Source: an uncultured Actinomycetes bacterium
GTDB taxonomy: Bacteria > Actinomycetota > UBA4738 > HRBIN12
DNA length: 31,620 nucleotides
Direction of reading: 5' to 3'
Assembly: GCA_963704885.1 (NCBI GenBank)
Contig: CAVPIB010000014.1
Location: 1-31,620 of the forward strand
The position numbers and the translations under genes were made by a program. Below, piece by piece: positions 1-8,318 of the stretch; position 1 is the first letter of the stretch, and every line of letters starts with the position of its first letter. The notes beneath the pieces were generated by a model. That model made no database searches. It saw nothing but the letters and a program-made list of their open reading frames with translations, and was not told the origin of the DNA.

Positions 1-41
1 ACGACCTACGTACGCTCTCTCGGGACTAAGCTCTGTGCCGC

Positions 42-125
42 GCCGCTGTGGTGGAACTGGTAGACACGCGTGGTTTAGGACCACGTGGGCTAGCGCCCGT
101 CCGCGTTCGAGTCGCGGCAGCGGCA
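42..125 (+). tRNA. tRNA-Leu (anticodon TAG), CCA not encoded
   Basis: Acceptor stem GCCGCTG (42-48)/CAGCGGC (118-124), D-loop with TGGTAGAC, anticodon stem CGTGG/CCACG around TT-TAG-GA (TAG 76-78), long variable arm GGGC-TAGC-GCCC, T-arm CCGCG-TTCGAGT-CGCGG. Discriminator A125 is followed by CAA. Confidence 0.96.
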
Positions 126-144
126 CAAGGGCGCGTACGCGCCT

Positions 145-1302
145 TCAGACGGCGCGCAGCCGCGCGTCGGTCGCCGACTCTAGGGGCCTCACTTCGCATG
201 GAAGCACGATCACGAACCGCGCCCCGCCGCCTTCGCGATCCTCGATCTCGGCGGTCCCGCCATGCAGTTCGGCGAACCGCCGCACGAGCGACAGACCGAT
301 GCCCACGCCGCGACCGGCCGCGGTGGGTCCCTGACGGAACGGATCGAACAGCGTCGACTTGAGCTCCTCTGGAACGCCGGGACCTTCGTCCTCGATGACG
401 AGGACGATCCCGCCCTGCCCCTCGCGCACGGTTACATGCACCGGCGTCCCGCCCGGCGTGTGACGAGCCGCGTTCACCAACAGGTTCTCCACGATCCGCT
501 CCACCTTGGCAGGGTCGACGTTCGCCAAGAGCGGGTCCGCCTCGATGCGGACCGGGTGGGTGTCCATGCCGGGCGCCTCGCGCGCGATCCGCCGCACCAT
601 GTCGCCGATGTCCGTGGGCTCCCGCTCGGGCTGTATCTGACCGCGATCCAGTCGCTCCAGATCCAGCATGTCGTCCACCAGGCGGTTCATCTTGCGCCCG
701 CTCTGCTCGATCATCTGATACAGGCTCTCAACCTCGTCGGCCGTGAGCTGAAGCTCCTCGCCGCGGCGAAGCGTGGACATGGCGCCGATGATCCCGGCGA
801 GCGGCCCTTTGAGGTCGTGCGACACCGCGTGTAGCAGGGTGTCCTTGACGTCGTTCAGCTCGCGCAGCCCGCTCGAGACTCGATGCTCCTTCTCAGCCCG
901 TTGCGTCTGCTCATCGACAGACTCCTTCAGCGTCGCGAGGAGCTGAACGACCACAACGAAGAACGCGAATTGCACGAGGGAGTTCCAGTACGGGGCGACG
1001 CCGCCCTGGGAGCCGGGACCGAAGAGATCCGCCACGAGCCCGGCGGCAGCGGCCACGGCGGCCGCGGCGACACCGGCGCGACGACCCAGGTTCCAAGCCA
1101 CCAGTCCGATCGGCATCAGATAGAAGAGCGACAGGGAGAACCTGAGGTCGGTCTTGACGTCGAGAACGGCGACGGTGGCCATGAACGTGATCCCGATCGT
1201 GAACACCAGCCGGGGGGATCTCCCATCGAAGAACCCCTGGGTCCGATGCAGCTCACGGCGCGGCGGTTGCGCCGTGGCTTCAGCCTCTCCGGTTGCGCCC
1301 AT
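145..1302 (-). CDS. Membrane sensor histidine kinase (HisKA + HATPase_c), no adjacent response regulator
   Basis: About 4 N-terminal TM segments (FYLMPIGLVAWNLG), H-box AVSHDLKGPL, N-box ENLLVNAARHT, DEGPG, GVGIGLS, GGARF. Start placed at ATG 1302 because the longer ORF overlaps rdgB; start uncertain. Confidence 0.88.
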   Translation of the reverse strand: MGATGEAEATAQPPRRELHRTQGFFDGRSPRLVFTIGITFMATVAVLDVKTDLRFSLSLFYLMPIGLVAWNLGRRAGVAAAAVAAAAGLVADLFGPGSQGGVAPYWNSLVQFAFFVVVVQLLATLKESVDEQTQRAEKEHRVSSGLRELNDVKDTLLHAVSHDLKGPLAGIIGAMSTLRRGEELQLTADEVESLYQMIEQSGRKMNRLVDDMLDLERLDRGQIQPEREPTDIGDMVRRIAREAPGMDTHPVRIEADPLLANVDPAKVERIVENLLVNAARHTPGGTPVHVTVREGQGGIVLVIEDEGPGVPEELKSTLFDPFRQGPTAAGRGVGIGLSLVRRFAELHGGTAEIEDREGGGARFVIVLPCEVRPLESATDARLRAV

Positions 1303-1387
1303 CAATGATGCGTCGGCGGGTCGCGCCGCTACCTTGAGTCGGGTAGACATCCGATGTGATGGGCTCCAGGATGGCCTACTTGCCTGC

Positions 1388-2002
1388 TCAGGGGGCCTGC
1401 CCGGCCTCCGCGAGAAGGTCGTGGAGCGCGCGGAACGCCCTTCCGCGATGGCTGATCCGGTCCTTCTGCTCGTCGGAGATCTCCGCCATGGTGTCCTCCC
1501 ACCCCACGGGCACGAAGATCGGGTCATAGCCGAACCCCCGTTGACCACGGCGCTTGCCCACGAGCGCGCCCTCGCACACCCCTTCGGAGTGCAACACCTC
1601 ACCACCCGGCCACGCGATGGCGGCGACGCAGCGGTACCGGGCGCTCCGGCCGCCTGCGGGCACTCCGGCGAGCGCCTGCATCAGGGCCTTGAGGTTCCCT
1701 TCGTCGGTGGCATCGGGACCGGAGAATCGGGCCGATCGGGGGCCCGGCCTGCCGCCCAGCGCATCCACCTCTATGCCGGAGTCGTCGGCGAGCGCCGGCA
1801 CGCCGAGCGAATCGGCCACGGCGCGGGCCTTCAGGAGCGCGTTCTCTAGGTAGGTTTCGCCCGTTTCCTCAACGTCGGGCCAGGGTCCTTCATGGTTCTG
1901 GATGGTCAACCATTCCACGGGCCAGTCGGCGCAGATCCGGCCGATCTCCCGGAGCTTGTGCGCGTTCTGCGAGGCGATCGCGATCCGCGACGGGAACGAC
2001 AT
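1388..2002 (-). CDS. rdgB: dITP/XTP pyrophosphatase (RdgB/Ham1)
   Basis: ASQNAHKLRE, ETGETYLENALLKA, ADDSG, GFGYDPIF, SHRGRA motifs; follows rph as usual. Confidence 0.96.
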   Translation of the reverse strand: MSFPSRIAIASQNAHKLREIGRICADWPVEWLTIQNHEGPWPDVEETGETYLENALLKARAVADSLGVPALADDSGIEVDALGGRPGPRSARFSGPDATDEGNLKALMQALAGVPAGGRSARYRCVAAIAWPGGEVLHSEGVCEGALVGKRRGQRGFGYDPIFVPVGWEDTMAEISDEQKDRISHRGRAFRALHDLLAEAGQAP

Positions 2003-2010
2003 GGGGCCGG

Positions 2011-2731
2011 TCAGGCGCCGAGCACCTGCTGCTGGATCTCGGTGAGCTCGGAGATGCCGGCCGAGGCCAGATCCAGGAGCGCGTCCAGGTCGGCGCGGGA
2101 GAACGGCGTGCCCTCGGCCGTTCCCTGCACCTCGACGTACGACCCGCCGCCGGTCATCACGACGTTGAAGTCGACATCGGCACCGGCGTCCTCGTCGTAG
2201 CAGAGGTCCAGCCGGGCCTGTCCGTCCACGATGCCGACCGAGACCGCGGCGATGCTATCCGTCAGCACGTCGTCGGGGATCAGCCCACGGTCGGAGAGTC
2301 CGCGGAGCGCGAGCGCCAGCGCCACGTAGCCTCCCGTGATCGACGCTGTCCGCGTGCCGGCGTCGGCCTGCAGGACGTCGCAGTCGATCGTGATCGTGCG
2401 TTCTCCCAATCGCCCGAGATCGGTGACCGAGCGCAGCGAACGCCCGATCAACCGCTGGATCTCCTGGGTGCGACCTCCGGGCCGACCTTTGTTCACCTCG
2501 CGCGGCGATCTTTCGGTCGTGGCCCGGGGAAGCATCGAGTACTCGCCGGTGACCCAGCCCTTCCCGGTTCCCTTCAGCCAGCGGGGAACGTCCTCGGAGA
2601 CGGACGCGGCGATCAACACGCGCGTCTTGCCCATGGACAGCAACACCGAGCCGTCTGCCCACTCCTGGTATCCGAGCTCCCAAGCCACGGGACGGAGCTC
2701 GTCGGTCTGCGCGCCCATCGGGGCGTGTCAC
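2011..2731 (-). CDS. rph: Ribonuclease PH; apparent +1 frameshift near codon 8-10 (in-frame ORF is 2011-2718)
   Basis: [55 protein letters not shown]. The conserved N-terminus MTRPDGR starts at GTG 2731 in a different frame from the body. Confidence 0.93.
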
Positions 2732-3480
2732 CCGCCCACCTGCCAGCGACGCCCGCCCCTCGCCACTTCGATCGGGCCATCGAACGCGCCCGAAGCCTCG
2801 GCCTTGGAGTCCTCCGGATCGAGCGTCGGCCATATGTGGGTGAGTACCAGGCTCCCGGCTCCCGCTCGCGCCGCGTGCTCCCCCGCCTGTCGGGCCGACA
2901 TGTGGAACGGGAGCAGGCCGTCGTCGTGCTTCCAGGTGGCCTCGCACAAGAACAGATCGGCGTCCTCCGCCAACTTCACGACCTCGTCGCAGGGCCCGCT
3001 GTCGCCCGTATAGGCGAGCGTCTTGCCGCCGGCCTCGATGCGATAGCCCAACGACTGGACGCCGATATGGGTCATCTCGAACGAGCGGATCCGGAAGGGC
3101 CCGATCTCGAAGTCCGCGCCGGGCGGCGTCGCCCGTAGATCGAAGCTGGTGGCTGCGACGTCGCGGCCGTCCTCAGACACCAGGCCCGCCATATGGCCCC
3201 AGAAGTCTTCGGGCGCGACGAGCGGGATCCCCGGGTCCCCCAGCTCTCCGTAGTGCCGAGCGTAGAAGCACGGGTACACGTCCACGAAGTGGTCGGGATG
3301 CGCATGCGTGATCAGCAGCCCGTGGATGTCGGCGATCCCGATGTGCTCCTGGAGGCGGGCGAACGTGCCAGTCCCGGCATCCATCCACAGGTTGAACCCC
3401 TCGTGTCGCACCAGGTACCCGCTGGTGGCGCCGGCCGGACGAGGCCAGGTGCCGCCTGAGCCGAGGACGGTCAGCTCCAC
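2728..3480 (-). CDS. MBL-fold metallo-hydrolase (RNase Z/BN-like, Rv1339-type position)
   Basis: LTVLGSGG, DAGTG, THAHPDH, YTGDSG, LTHIWP motifs; sits between murI and rph. Start GTG 3480. Confidence 0.9.
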   Translation of the reverse strand: MELTVLGSGGTWPRPAGATSGYLVRHEGFNLWMDAGTGTFARLQEHIGIADIHGLLITHAHPDHFVDVYPCFYARHYGELGDPGIPLVAPEDFWGHMAGLVSEDGRDVAATSFDLRATPPGADFEIGPFRIRSFEMTHIGVQSLGYRIEAGGKTLAYTGDSGPCDEVVKLAEDADLFLCEATWKHDDGLLPFHMSARQAGEHAARAGAGSLVLTHIWPTLDPEDSKAEASGAFDGPIEVARGGRRWQVGG

Positions 3481-4298
3481 GAACCGCCCCCAACGGGCGC
3501 GGCCTGCGCCGCACGGACCTCGGAGAGCTCGGGGCCCAGGAAGACCTCTGCCACCTGCTGGAACTGCGCCGGATCCCCGGTGGCCAGGAACTCGTGGATG
3601 GGCGGACCGGCATCGTCGCGCTGCAGCCCTCGGCCCACGAGCGTGGCGTACACGTCCTTCGCCGTTTCCTCGGCCGAGGAGACCAGCACGACGTCGGGTC
3701 CGAGCTCCAGCTGGAGCAGACCCGAGAGCAACGGGTAGTGCGTGCAACCCAGGATCAAGGTGTCTATACCCCTCTCGACCAACGGCACAAGATACCCTCG
3801 CGCAGCCTCTCGTAAAGCATCGCTCGTTGTGTCGCCCTGCTCGACACGTTCAACGAAGAGCGGGCACGCCTGTTGATGAAGCTCCACATCGGCGCCCGTT
3901 GCGGCCACCGCGCGGTCGTAGGCCCCGCTCTTGACGGTGGCCTCGGTGCCGATCATGCCGAGGACCCCGTTGCGGGTGGCGTGCACCGCGGCGCGCGTGC
4001 CGGGGTCGACCACGCCGACCACCGGGATAACGGCCCGACCCAGGATGTCTTCGAGCCCGGACACCTCCACCGAGTTGCACGCGACCACGAGCATCTTCAC
4101 GTCGCGATGGACCAGGTAGTCCACGATCTCCGACGCGAACCGACGGATCTCTTCGACCGGCCGCGGACCGTACGGGGAACGTGCTGTGTCGCCGATGTAG
4201 AGCAGCGGCTCATGGGGCAGGAGGTCGAGGATGGCACGGGCGACGGTGAGACCGCCGACCCCAGAGTCGAACACACCGATCGGACGCGGGTCGCTCAC
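3471..4298 (-). CDS. murI: Glutamate racemase
   Basis: PIGVFDSGVGGLTV, PYGPR, VACNS and LGCTHYP catalytic Cys motifs. Start GTG 4298. Confidence 0.96.
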   Translation of the reverse strand: MSDPRPIGVFDSGVGGLTVARAILDLLPHEPLLYIGDTARSPYGPRPVEEIRRFASEIVDYLVHRDVKMLVVACNSVEVSGLEDILGRAVIPVVGVVDPGTRAAVHATRNGVLGMIGTEATVKSGAYDRAVAATGADVELHQQACPLFVERVEQGDTTSDALREAARGYLVPLVERGIDTLILGCTHYPLLSGLLQLELGPDVVLVSSAEETAKDVYATLVGRGLQRDDAGPPIHEFLATGDPAQFQQVAEVFLGPELSEVRAAQAAPVGGGSWS

Positions 4299-4305
4299 CG
4301 GCGAA

Positions 4306-5238
4306 CTACCACCAGAGCGACTCCGCGACGCCCTTCTCGGCCGTCTCGATGTCTTCGGCCCAGGCCTCGGTGGAGAGGTACTTCCAGCCTCCATCGGCCA
4401 GCAGGCAGACCACGTCTCCTTGGTCCAGCTCGGCTGCGATCCGCTGCGCGACGTGAACGACCGCGCCGGAGGAGATCCCCGCGAAGATCCCCTCTCGTGA
4501 CGTCAGTTCCCGGTTGGTTCGAAGCGCATCGGAGGAGTTGACCAGGAACTTCCGGTCGACCTCGGTCGGATCGAAGATCGGCGGAACGAACCCCTCATCG
4601 AGCGAGCGGAGCCCATACACCAGGTCGCCGAGTTCGGGCTCCGCGGCGATCACCTGGATGCTCGCGTCGTGGGCGTGAAGACGACGGCCGTTGCCGGTGA
4701 GCGTGCCGCCGGTGCCCATCCCCGCCACGAAGTGCGTGATGGTCGGCAGGTCGGCCAGGATCTCCTCGGCCGTGCCCTCTTCGTGCGCGAGCGGATTGGC
4801 GGCGTTGCCGTACTGGAATGGCATGAAGTACTTCGGATCTTGCGCCAACCGCCGCGCGACCTCGATCGAACCGTTCGTGCCTTTCTCACCGTCGCTGAAC
4901 ACGATCTCGGCGCCGAACAACCGGAGGAGTCCGATGCGCTCCTGGCTGGCGTTGTCGGGGATCACGACGGTGAGCCTGTATCCCTTGCGGGCGGCGACCA
5001 TGGCGAGCGAGATCCCGGTATTGCCCGAGGTCGGCTCCAGGATCGTCTTGTCGGGCGTGAGATCGCCCGACGCCTCAGCGACCTCGATCATCTTCTTGGC
5101 GATGCGATCCTTGGTGGATCCGGTGGGGTTGCTGCCCTCGAGCTTGGCCCACAGGCGCACCCCGGGCCTCGGGGACATGTGGGGCATGCCCACGAGCGGC
5201 GTGTTGCCGATCGCGTCCAATATGTCGTCGTAGCGCAC
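4306..5238 (-). CDS. cysM: PLP-dependent cysteine synthase, CysM (CysO-dependent) type
   Basis: IGNTPLV, NPTGSTKDR (PLP Lys), PTSGNTG, GMGTGGT, DGGWKYLST; adjacent to cysO and mec. Confidence 0.92.
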   Translation of the reverse strand: MRYDDILDAIGNTPLVGMPHMSPRPGVRLWAKLEGSNPTGSTKDRIAKKMIEVAEASGDLTPDKTILEPTSGNTGISLAMVAARKGYRLTVVIPDNASQERIGLLRLFGAEIVFSDGEKGTNGSIEVARRLAQDPKYFMPFQYGNAANPLAHEEGTAEEILADLPTITHFVAGMGTGGTLTGNGRRLHAHDASIQVIAAEPELGDLVYGLRSLDEGFVPPIFDPTEVDRKFLVNSSDALRTNRELTSREGIFAGISSGAVVHVAQRIAAELDQGDVVCLLADGGWKYLSTEAWAEDIETAEKGVAESLWW

Positions 5239-5299
5239 GGGTCCGATTATCCCAGCGACTATCGGAACACCCGGTAGACGATCCCTCGACCCAGGATCG

Positions 5300-5575
5300 C
5301 TAGCCGCCCGCGACGGCGGGGAGGATCGAGACGGTGTCGCCTTCCTTGACCTCGGTCTCCAACGACCCGAGATACCGCACGTCCTCGTCGTTCACATACA
5401 CGTTGATGAAACGGTGGAGACCGCCGTCCTCCGCGAGCACGTTCTTCGTGATGCCCGGGTACTTGGTTTCGAGGTCGCCGAGCACGTCACGGAGCGTGGC
5501 GCCGTCGGCGCCCACCTTCGCCTCGCCGGCGGCGTGCTTGCGCAAGATCGTGGGGAGCTTCACGGTTACGGACAT
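5300..5575 (-). CDS. cysO: Ubiquitin-like sulfur carrier protein (MoaD/ThiS family, CysO-type)
   Basis: MSVTVKLPTILR, RFINVYVNDEDVRYL, C-terminal LPAVAGG; SD AAGGAG before ATG 5575. Confidence 0.88.
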   Translation of the reverse strand: MSVTVKLPTILRKHAAGEAKVGADGATLRDVLGDLETKYPGITKNVLAEDGGLHRFINVYVNDEDVRYLGSLETEVKEGDTVSILPAVAGG

Positions 5576-5595
5576 TCGGTCGGTCTCCTTCGTGG

Positions 5596-6426
5596 TCACT
5601 CGGGACGGGCGGACACACCGCAGAACGCTTCGTAGTCGATCAGCTCGGTGATCGTCGGCTCCTTGCCGCACACCGGACAGTCGGCGTCCCAGCGGATCTT
5701 CACTTCCTGGAAGTCCATGTGGAGGGCGTCGTAGAGCAGCAAGCGGCCGACCAGCGTGTCCCCCTCGCCGGTGATCAGCTTGATCGCCTCGGTGGCCTGG
5801 ACCGCACCGATCACGCCCGGCAGCACGCCGAACACTCCGCCCTCCGCACAGCTGGGCACGGTTCCAGGCGGCGGAGGCGAGGGGAACAAACAGCGGTAGC
5901 AGGGCGCTTCCTGGCCCGGCAAGAACACCGTTGCCTGACCCTCGAACTGGTAGATCGAGCCGTATACCAACGGCTTGCCCATGAACTGCGTCGCGTCGTT
6001 CACCAGGTAACGAACCGGGAAGTTGTCGGTCCCGTCGATAACCACGTCGTAGGGCTCCATCACTTCGAACACGTTGGTGCTGAACAGGAGCGTGTCGTGT
6101 CCGACGATGTCGATCGTTGGGTTGATCGCCCGCAGGTGCTCGACGGCCGATTCGACCTTCGAGCGTCCGATATCGGGCGTCGTGTGCAGGATCTGACGCT
6201 GCAGGTTGGTCACGTCCACGTGGTCGAAGTCCACGATCCCGAGCTTGCCGATCCCTGCGGCCGCCAGGTACATCGAGACCGGCGAGCCCAAGCCGCCGGC
6301 GCCGATAACGAGGACGCTCGCATCCAACAGCTTCCGCTGTCCGGCCCCGCCGACGTTGGGCAGGATGATGTGGCGCGAGTAGCGCTGCACCTGATCCTCG
6401 TTGAACATCGGCTTCTGCTCGGTCAT
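5596..6426 (-). CDS. moeB: MoeB/ThiF-family adenylyltransferase without C-terminal rhodanese domain
   Basis: RYSRHIIL, GAGGLGSP, DVTNLQRQ, DGTDNF, CYRC...CPVC Zn motifs, SCAEGGV. Ends at ELIDYEAFCG-x6. Overlaps mec stop by ATGA. Confidence 0.92.
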   Translation of the reverse strand: MTEQKPMFNEDQVQRYSRHIILPNVGGAGQRKLLDASVLVIGAGGLGSPVSMYLAAAGIGKLGIVDFDHVDVTNLQRQILHTTPDIGRSKVESAVEHLRAINPTIDIVGHDTLLFSTNVFEVMEPYDVVIDGTDNFPVRYLVNDATQFMGKPLVYGSIYQFEGQATVFLPGQEAPCYRCLFPSPPPPGTVPSCAEGGVFGVLPGVIGAVQATEAIKLITGEGDTLVGRLLLYDALHMDFQEVKIRWDADCPVCGKEPTITELIDYEAFCGVSARPE

Positions 6427-6824
6427 ATGATCGTCAGCTCCTCTTCTTCCACCTCGCCGTCGCGGATGAAGAACGAGCGGAGTTCGGGCTTATCGCGATC
6501 GGCGAGCGACAGGATCATGTAGCGAGCGTCCGGATAGAAGGCCAATCGGCGGTCGGTTTCGGACGGATAGGCCTCGGAGTGCGTGTGCGAGTGGTAGATC
6601 GCCCACAGCTCCCACCCGCGCTCGTCCAGCTCGTCGAAGACGTGGAGCTGCTCCTTGCCGTCCAGCCGGTAGGTGGCAGGACTGGCGTCCGCGTTCTTCA
6701 TGGGGAAGACCTTCACCGGATGGCCGTCGCCGTTGCCCGCGATCACTCCGCAGCATTCGTTGGGGAACTCGCGGAGCCCTTGCTCCACGATCTCCTTGAA
6801 GTAGACGCCGTCGAGGTCGGACAT
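6423..6824 (-). CDS. mec: JAB/MPN (M67) metallopeptidase, CysO-cysteine peptidase type
   Basis: PNECCG and JAMM motif IYHSHTHSEAYPSETD; SD GAAGGG before ATG 6824. Confidence 0.9.
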   Translation of the reverse strand: MSDLDGVYFKEIVEQGLREFPNECCGVIAGNGDGHPVKVFPMKNADASPATYRLDGKEQLHVFDELDERGWELWAIYHSHTHSEAYPSETDRRLAFYPDARYMILSLADRDKPELRSFFIRDGEVEEEELTII

Positions 6825-6867
6825 GGCCCTTCGTCCTGTGATCGGGGGCGTGCGGAAGGCCCGCCCG

Positions 6868-6888
6868 TTGCAGGTGCAAATCCTACCA
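6868..6888 (-). promoter_or_regulatory. Putative mec operon promoter (extended -10 TGG-TAGGAT) with adjacent palindrome TTGCA-CC-TGCAA
   Basis: Minus strand reads TGGTAGGAT-TTGCACCTGCAA; the palindrome spans 6868-6879. Confidence 0.45.
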
Positions 6889-6898
6889 AGGGCGTCGC

Positions 6899-7756
6899 TT
6901 ATTCCTGGGCGTCGAGAGTCGGTTGGGAGCTCACCCAGCTCGGGCCGCGCAGCGTTCGCAGAACGGCGGGCAGGATCGTGTCGACCGGCGCGGTGTCGAC
7001 GCCGAGGTGGTCCGTTCCGCCTATCGCTACGAACTCCGCGTTCGGGATCTCCTCGGCCGCGCGGCGCGCTTGATCGAAGAAGTCGACGTCGTCGGCCGCG
7101 ACGCAGATCAGGCAACGGACTCCCCAGGCACCGAGATCCACTGAGACCGGTCCCTCTGCCATCGCGGCGCGCCAAGCGGCCTGCATCGCCGCGGCGTCAC
7201 TTGCCAGGTACACGGCGCGAACGGGCTCCGGATAGCGGCCTGCGATGGCCTCGAACGCCTTGACGAGGGCCTCGATGCCCTGCTCTCGGGACGCGGCCAT
7301 GGCCTCCCCCACCACGCGGGCGAGCGGGCCATCCGGATCGATCGTGTACGGATGCTGGCCGATGGTGACGAGCGACCGGACACGGCCGGGCGCATGTTCG
7401 CCGATCCCGAAGCAGAGCCTCCCGCCCCAGGAGATACCGATGAAGTGCGCGCGCACGATGTCTAGCTCGTCGAGGACCGCCACGACATCGGCGACCCGCA
7501 ACGGCATCGCGTACGCCTGCGGGTCGTGCGGCTTGTCGCTCCGTCCGTGACCCCGGTGATCCACGTAGACGAGCCGGAACTCCTCGGGGAGCCCCTGCAG
7601 CGCTCGGGCGATCGGCGAGCTCCGTACGAACTCCACCGGATCCAGGAATCCCCCAAGTAGCACGACCAAGGTACCTCCGCCGCCGTCGTCCTCGAAGTAG
7701 ACACGGCTCGCATCCAGAGCGTTCTCGCCGTACGGCATGGACCCTTCGCTGTTCAC
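6899..7756 (-). CDS. Alpha/beta-fold hydrolase
   Basis: DHRGHGRSDKP, nucleophile elbow GISWGG, C-terminal DHLG. Start is GTG 7756 or ATG 7738. Confidence 0.88.
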   Translation of the reverse strand: MNSEGSMPYGENALDASRVYFEDDGGGGTLVVLLGGFLDPVEFVRSSPIARALQGLPEEFRLVYVDHRGHGRSDKPHDPQAYAMPLRVADVVAVLDELDIVRAHFIGISWGGRLCFGIGEHAPGRVRSLVTIGQHPYTIDPDGPLARVVGEAMAASREQGIEALVKAFEAIAGRYPEPVRAVYLASDAAAMQAAWRAAMAEGPVSVDLGAWGVRCLICVAADDVDFFDQARRAAEEIPNAEFVAIGGTDHLGVDTAPVDTILPAVLRTLRGPSWVSSQPTLDAQE

Positions 7757-7802
7757 GCGCCGATGATCGCATCACCTTTGTCGTTACCAGACTGCAACGC
7801 GG

Positions 7803-7937
7803 TCACTGATCGGTCAATCGTGCTTCGAAAGCTCGCGCAAGAGGCGATGCGAACCGAGGCCGTATCCGCACATCGCCGAGCCAGTCCTGCAGCCTGTCGC
7901 GCTCCGCGTCGATCAGCCGGTGGGCGGCGGAGGCTAC
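7803..7937 (-). pseudogene. C-terminal remnant resembling AlkZ/YcaQ-like winged-helix DNA glycosylase family proteins
   Basis: Frame without a start codon reads VASAAHRLIDAERDRLQDWLGDVRIRPRFASPLARAFEARLTDQ*, which recalls the actinobacterial tail EAxRLxxWLGxVRxxPRFxTPL. Confidence 0.5.
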
Positions 7938-7985
7938 CCACGCCTGAGCACCGCTGAAGAGGCGCGCTCCTTGTGGCGAGAGGCC

Positions 7986-8186
7986 TCAGGCGGCGGCGAC
8001 TTCGCGCTGCGGGGCTGCGACCCAACGGCCGGTGTCGTGGTCCCAGGCGAGCGGCAGGCGTCGGCCGTCCAGGAACTCGACGTAGAGCTCGCCACGCCGC
8101 TCCTGCTCGCGGAGCTCCGCGAGCTGGGCGTCGTCCACATCGACCTCACGTCGCGCCATCTTCCAATAGACGATGTGATGCTGCAT
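7986..8186 (-). CDS. Small hypothetical protein (66 aa)
   Basis: MQHHIVYWKMARREVDVDD...REVAAA; GGGAGG SD just upstream, GC3-rich codons, fills the gap downstream of selD. Confidence 0.7.
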   Translation of the reverse strand: MQHHIVYWKMARREVDVDDAQLAELREQERRGELYVEFLDGRRLPLAWDHDTGRWVAAPQREVAAA

Positions 8187-8318
8187 GTCTCGGCCTCCCA
8201 TGAGGCCATCGTGAGGGACGCGAGGGCGGGCGTCGGGGGTCGAGGGTCCCGCGCCGGACGGGCCCCACGGCAACATGGCGCGGAGGGGAGCCCTTGGCGC
8301 GCCGACGACCCGTTGGCT

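Noticed and set aside
100-128. tRNA-Leu 3' end as the attachment site of an integrated element
   Set aside because: No integrase in the window, and by eye no second copy of the tRNA 3' end.
1303-1605. N-terminal extensions in the ORF track (kinase, MBL hydrolase, murI, mec, selD, SDR, reductase, TIGR00266)
   Set aside because: They overlap neighbouring genes and lack homology; SD or -10 signals support the shorter starts.
8192-8207. Hairpin GGCCTC-ATGG-GAGGCC hiding the SD of the 66-aa gene
   Set aside because: A CACGAT -10-like box sits immediately upstream, so the 5' arm is probably not transcribed; 6-bp GC stems are also common by chance.
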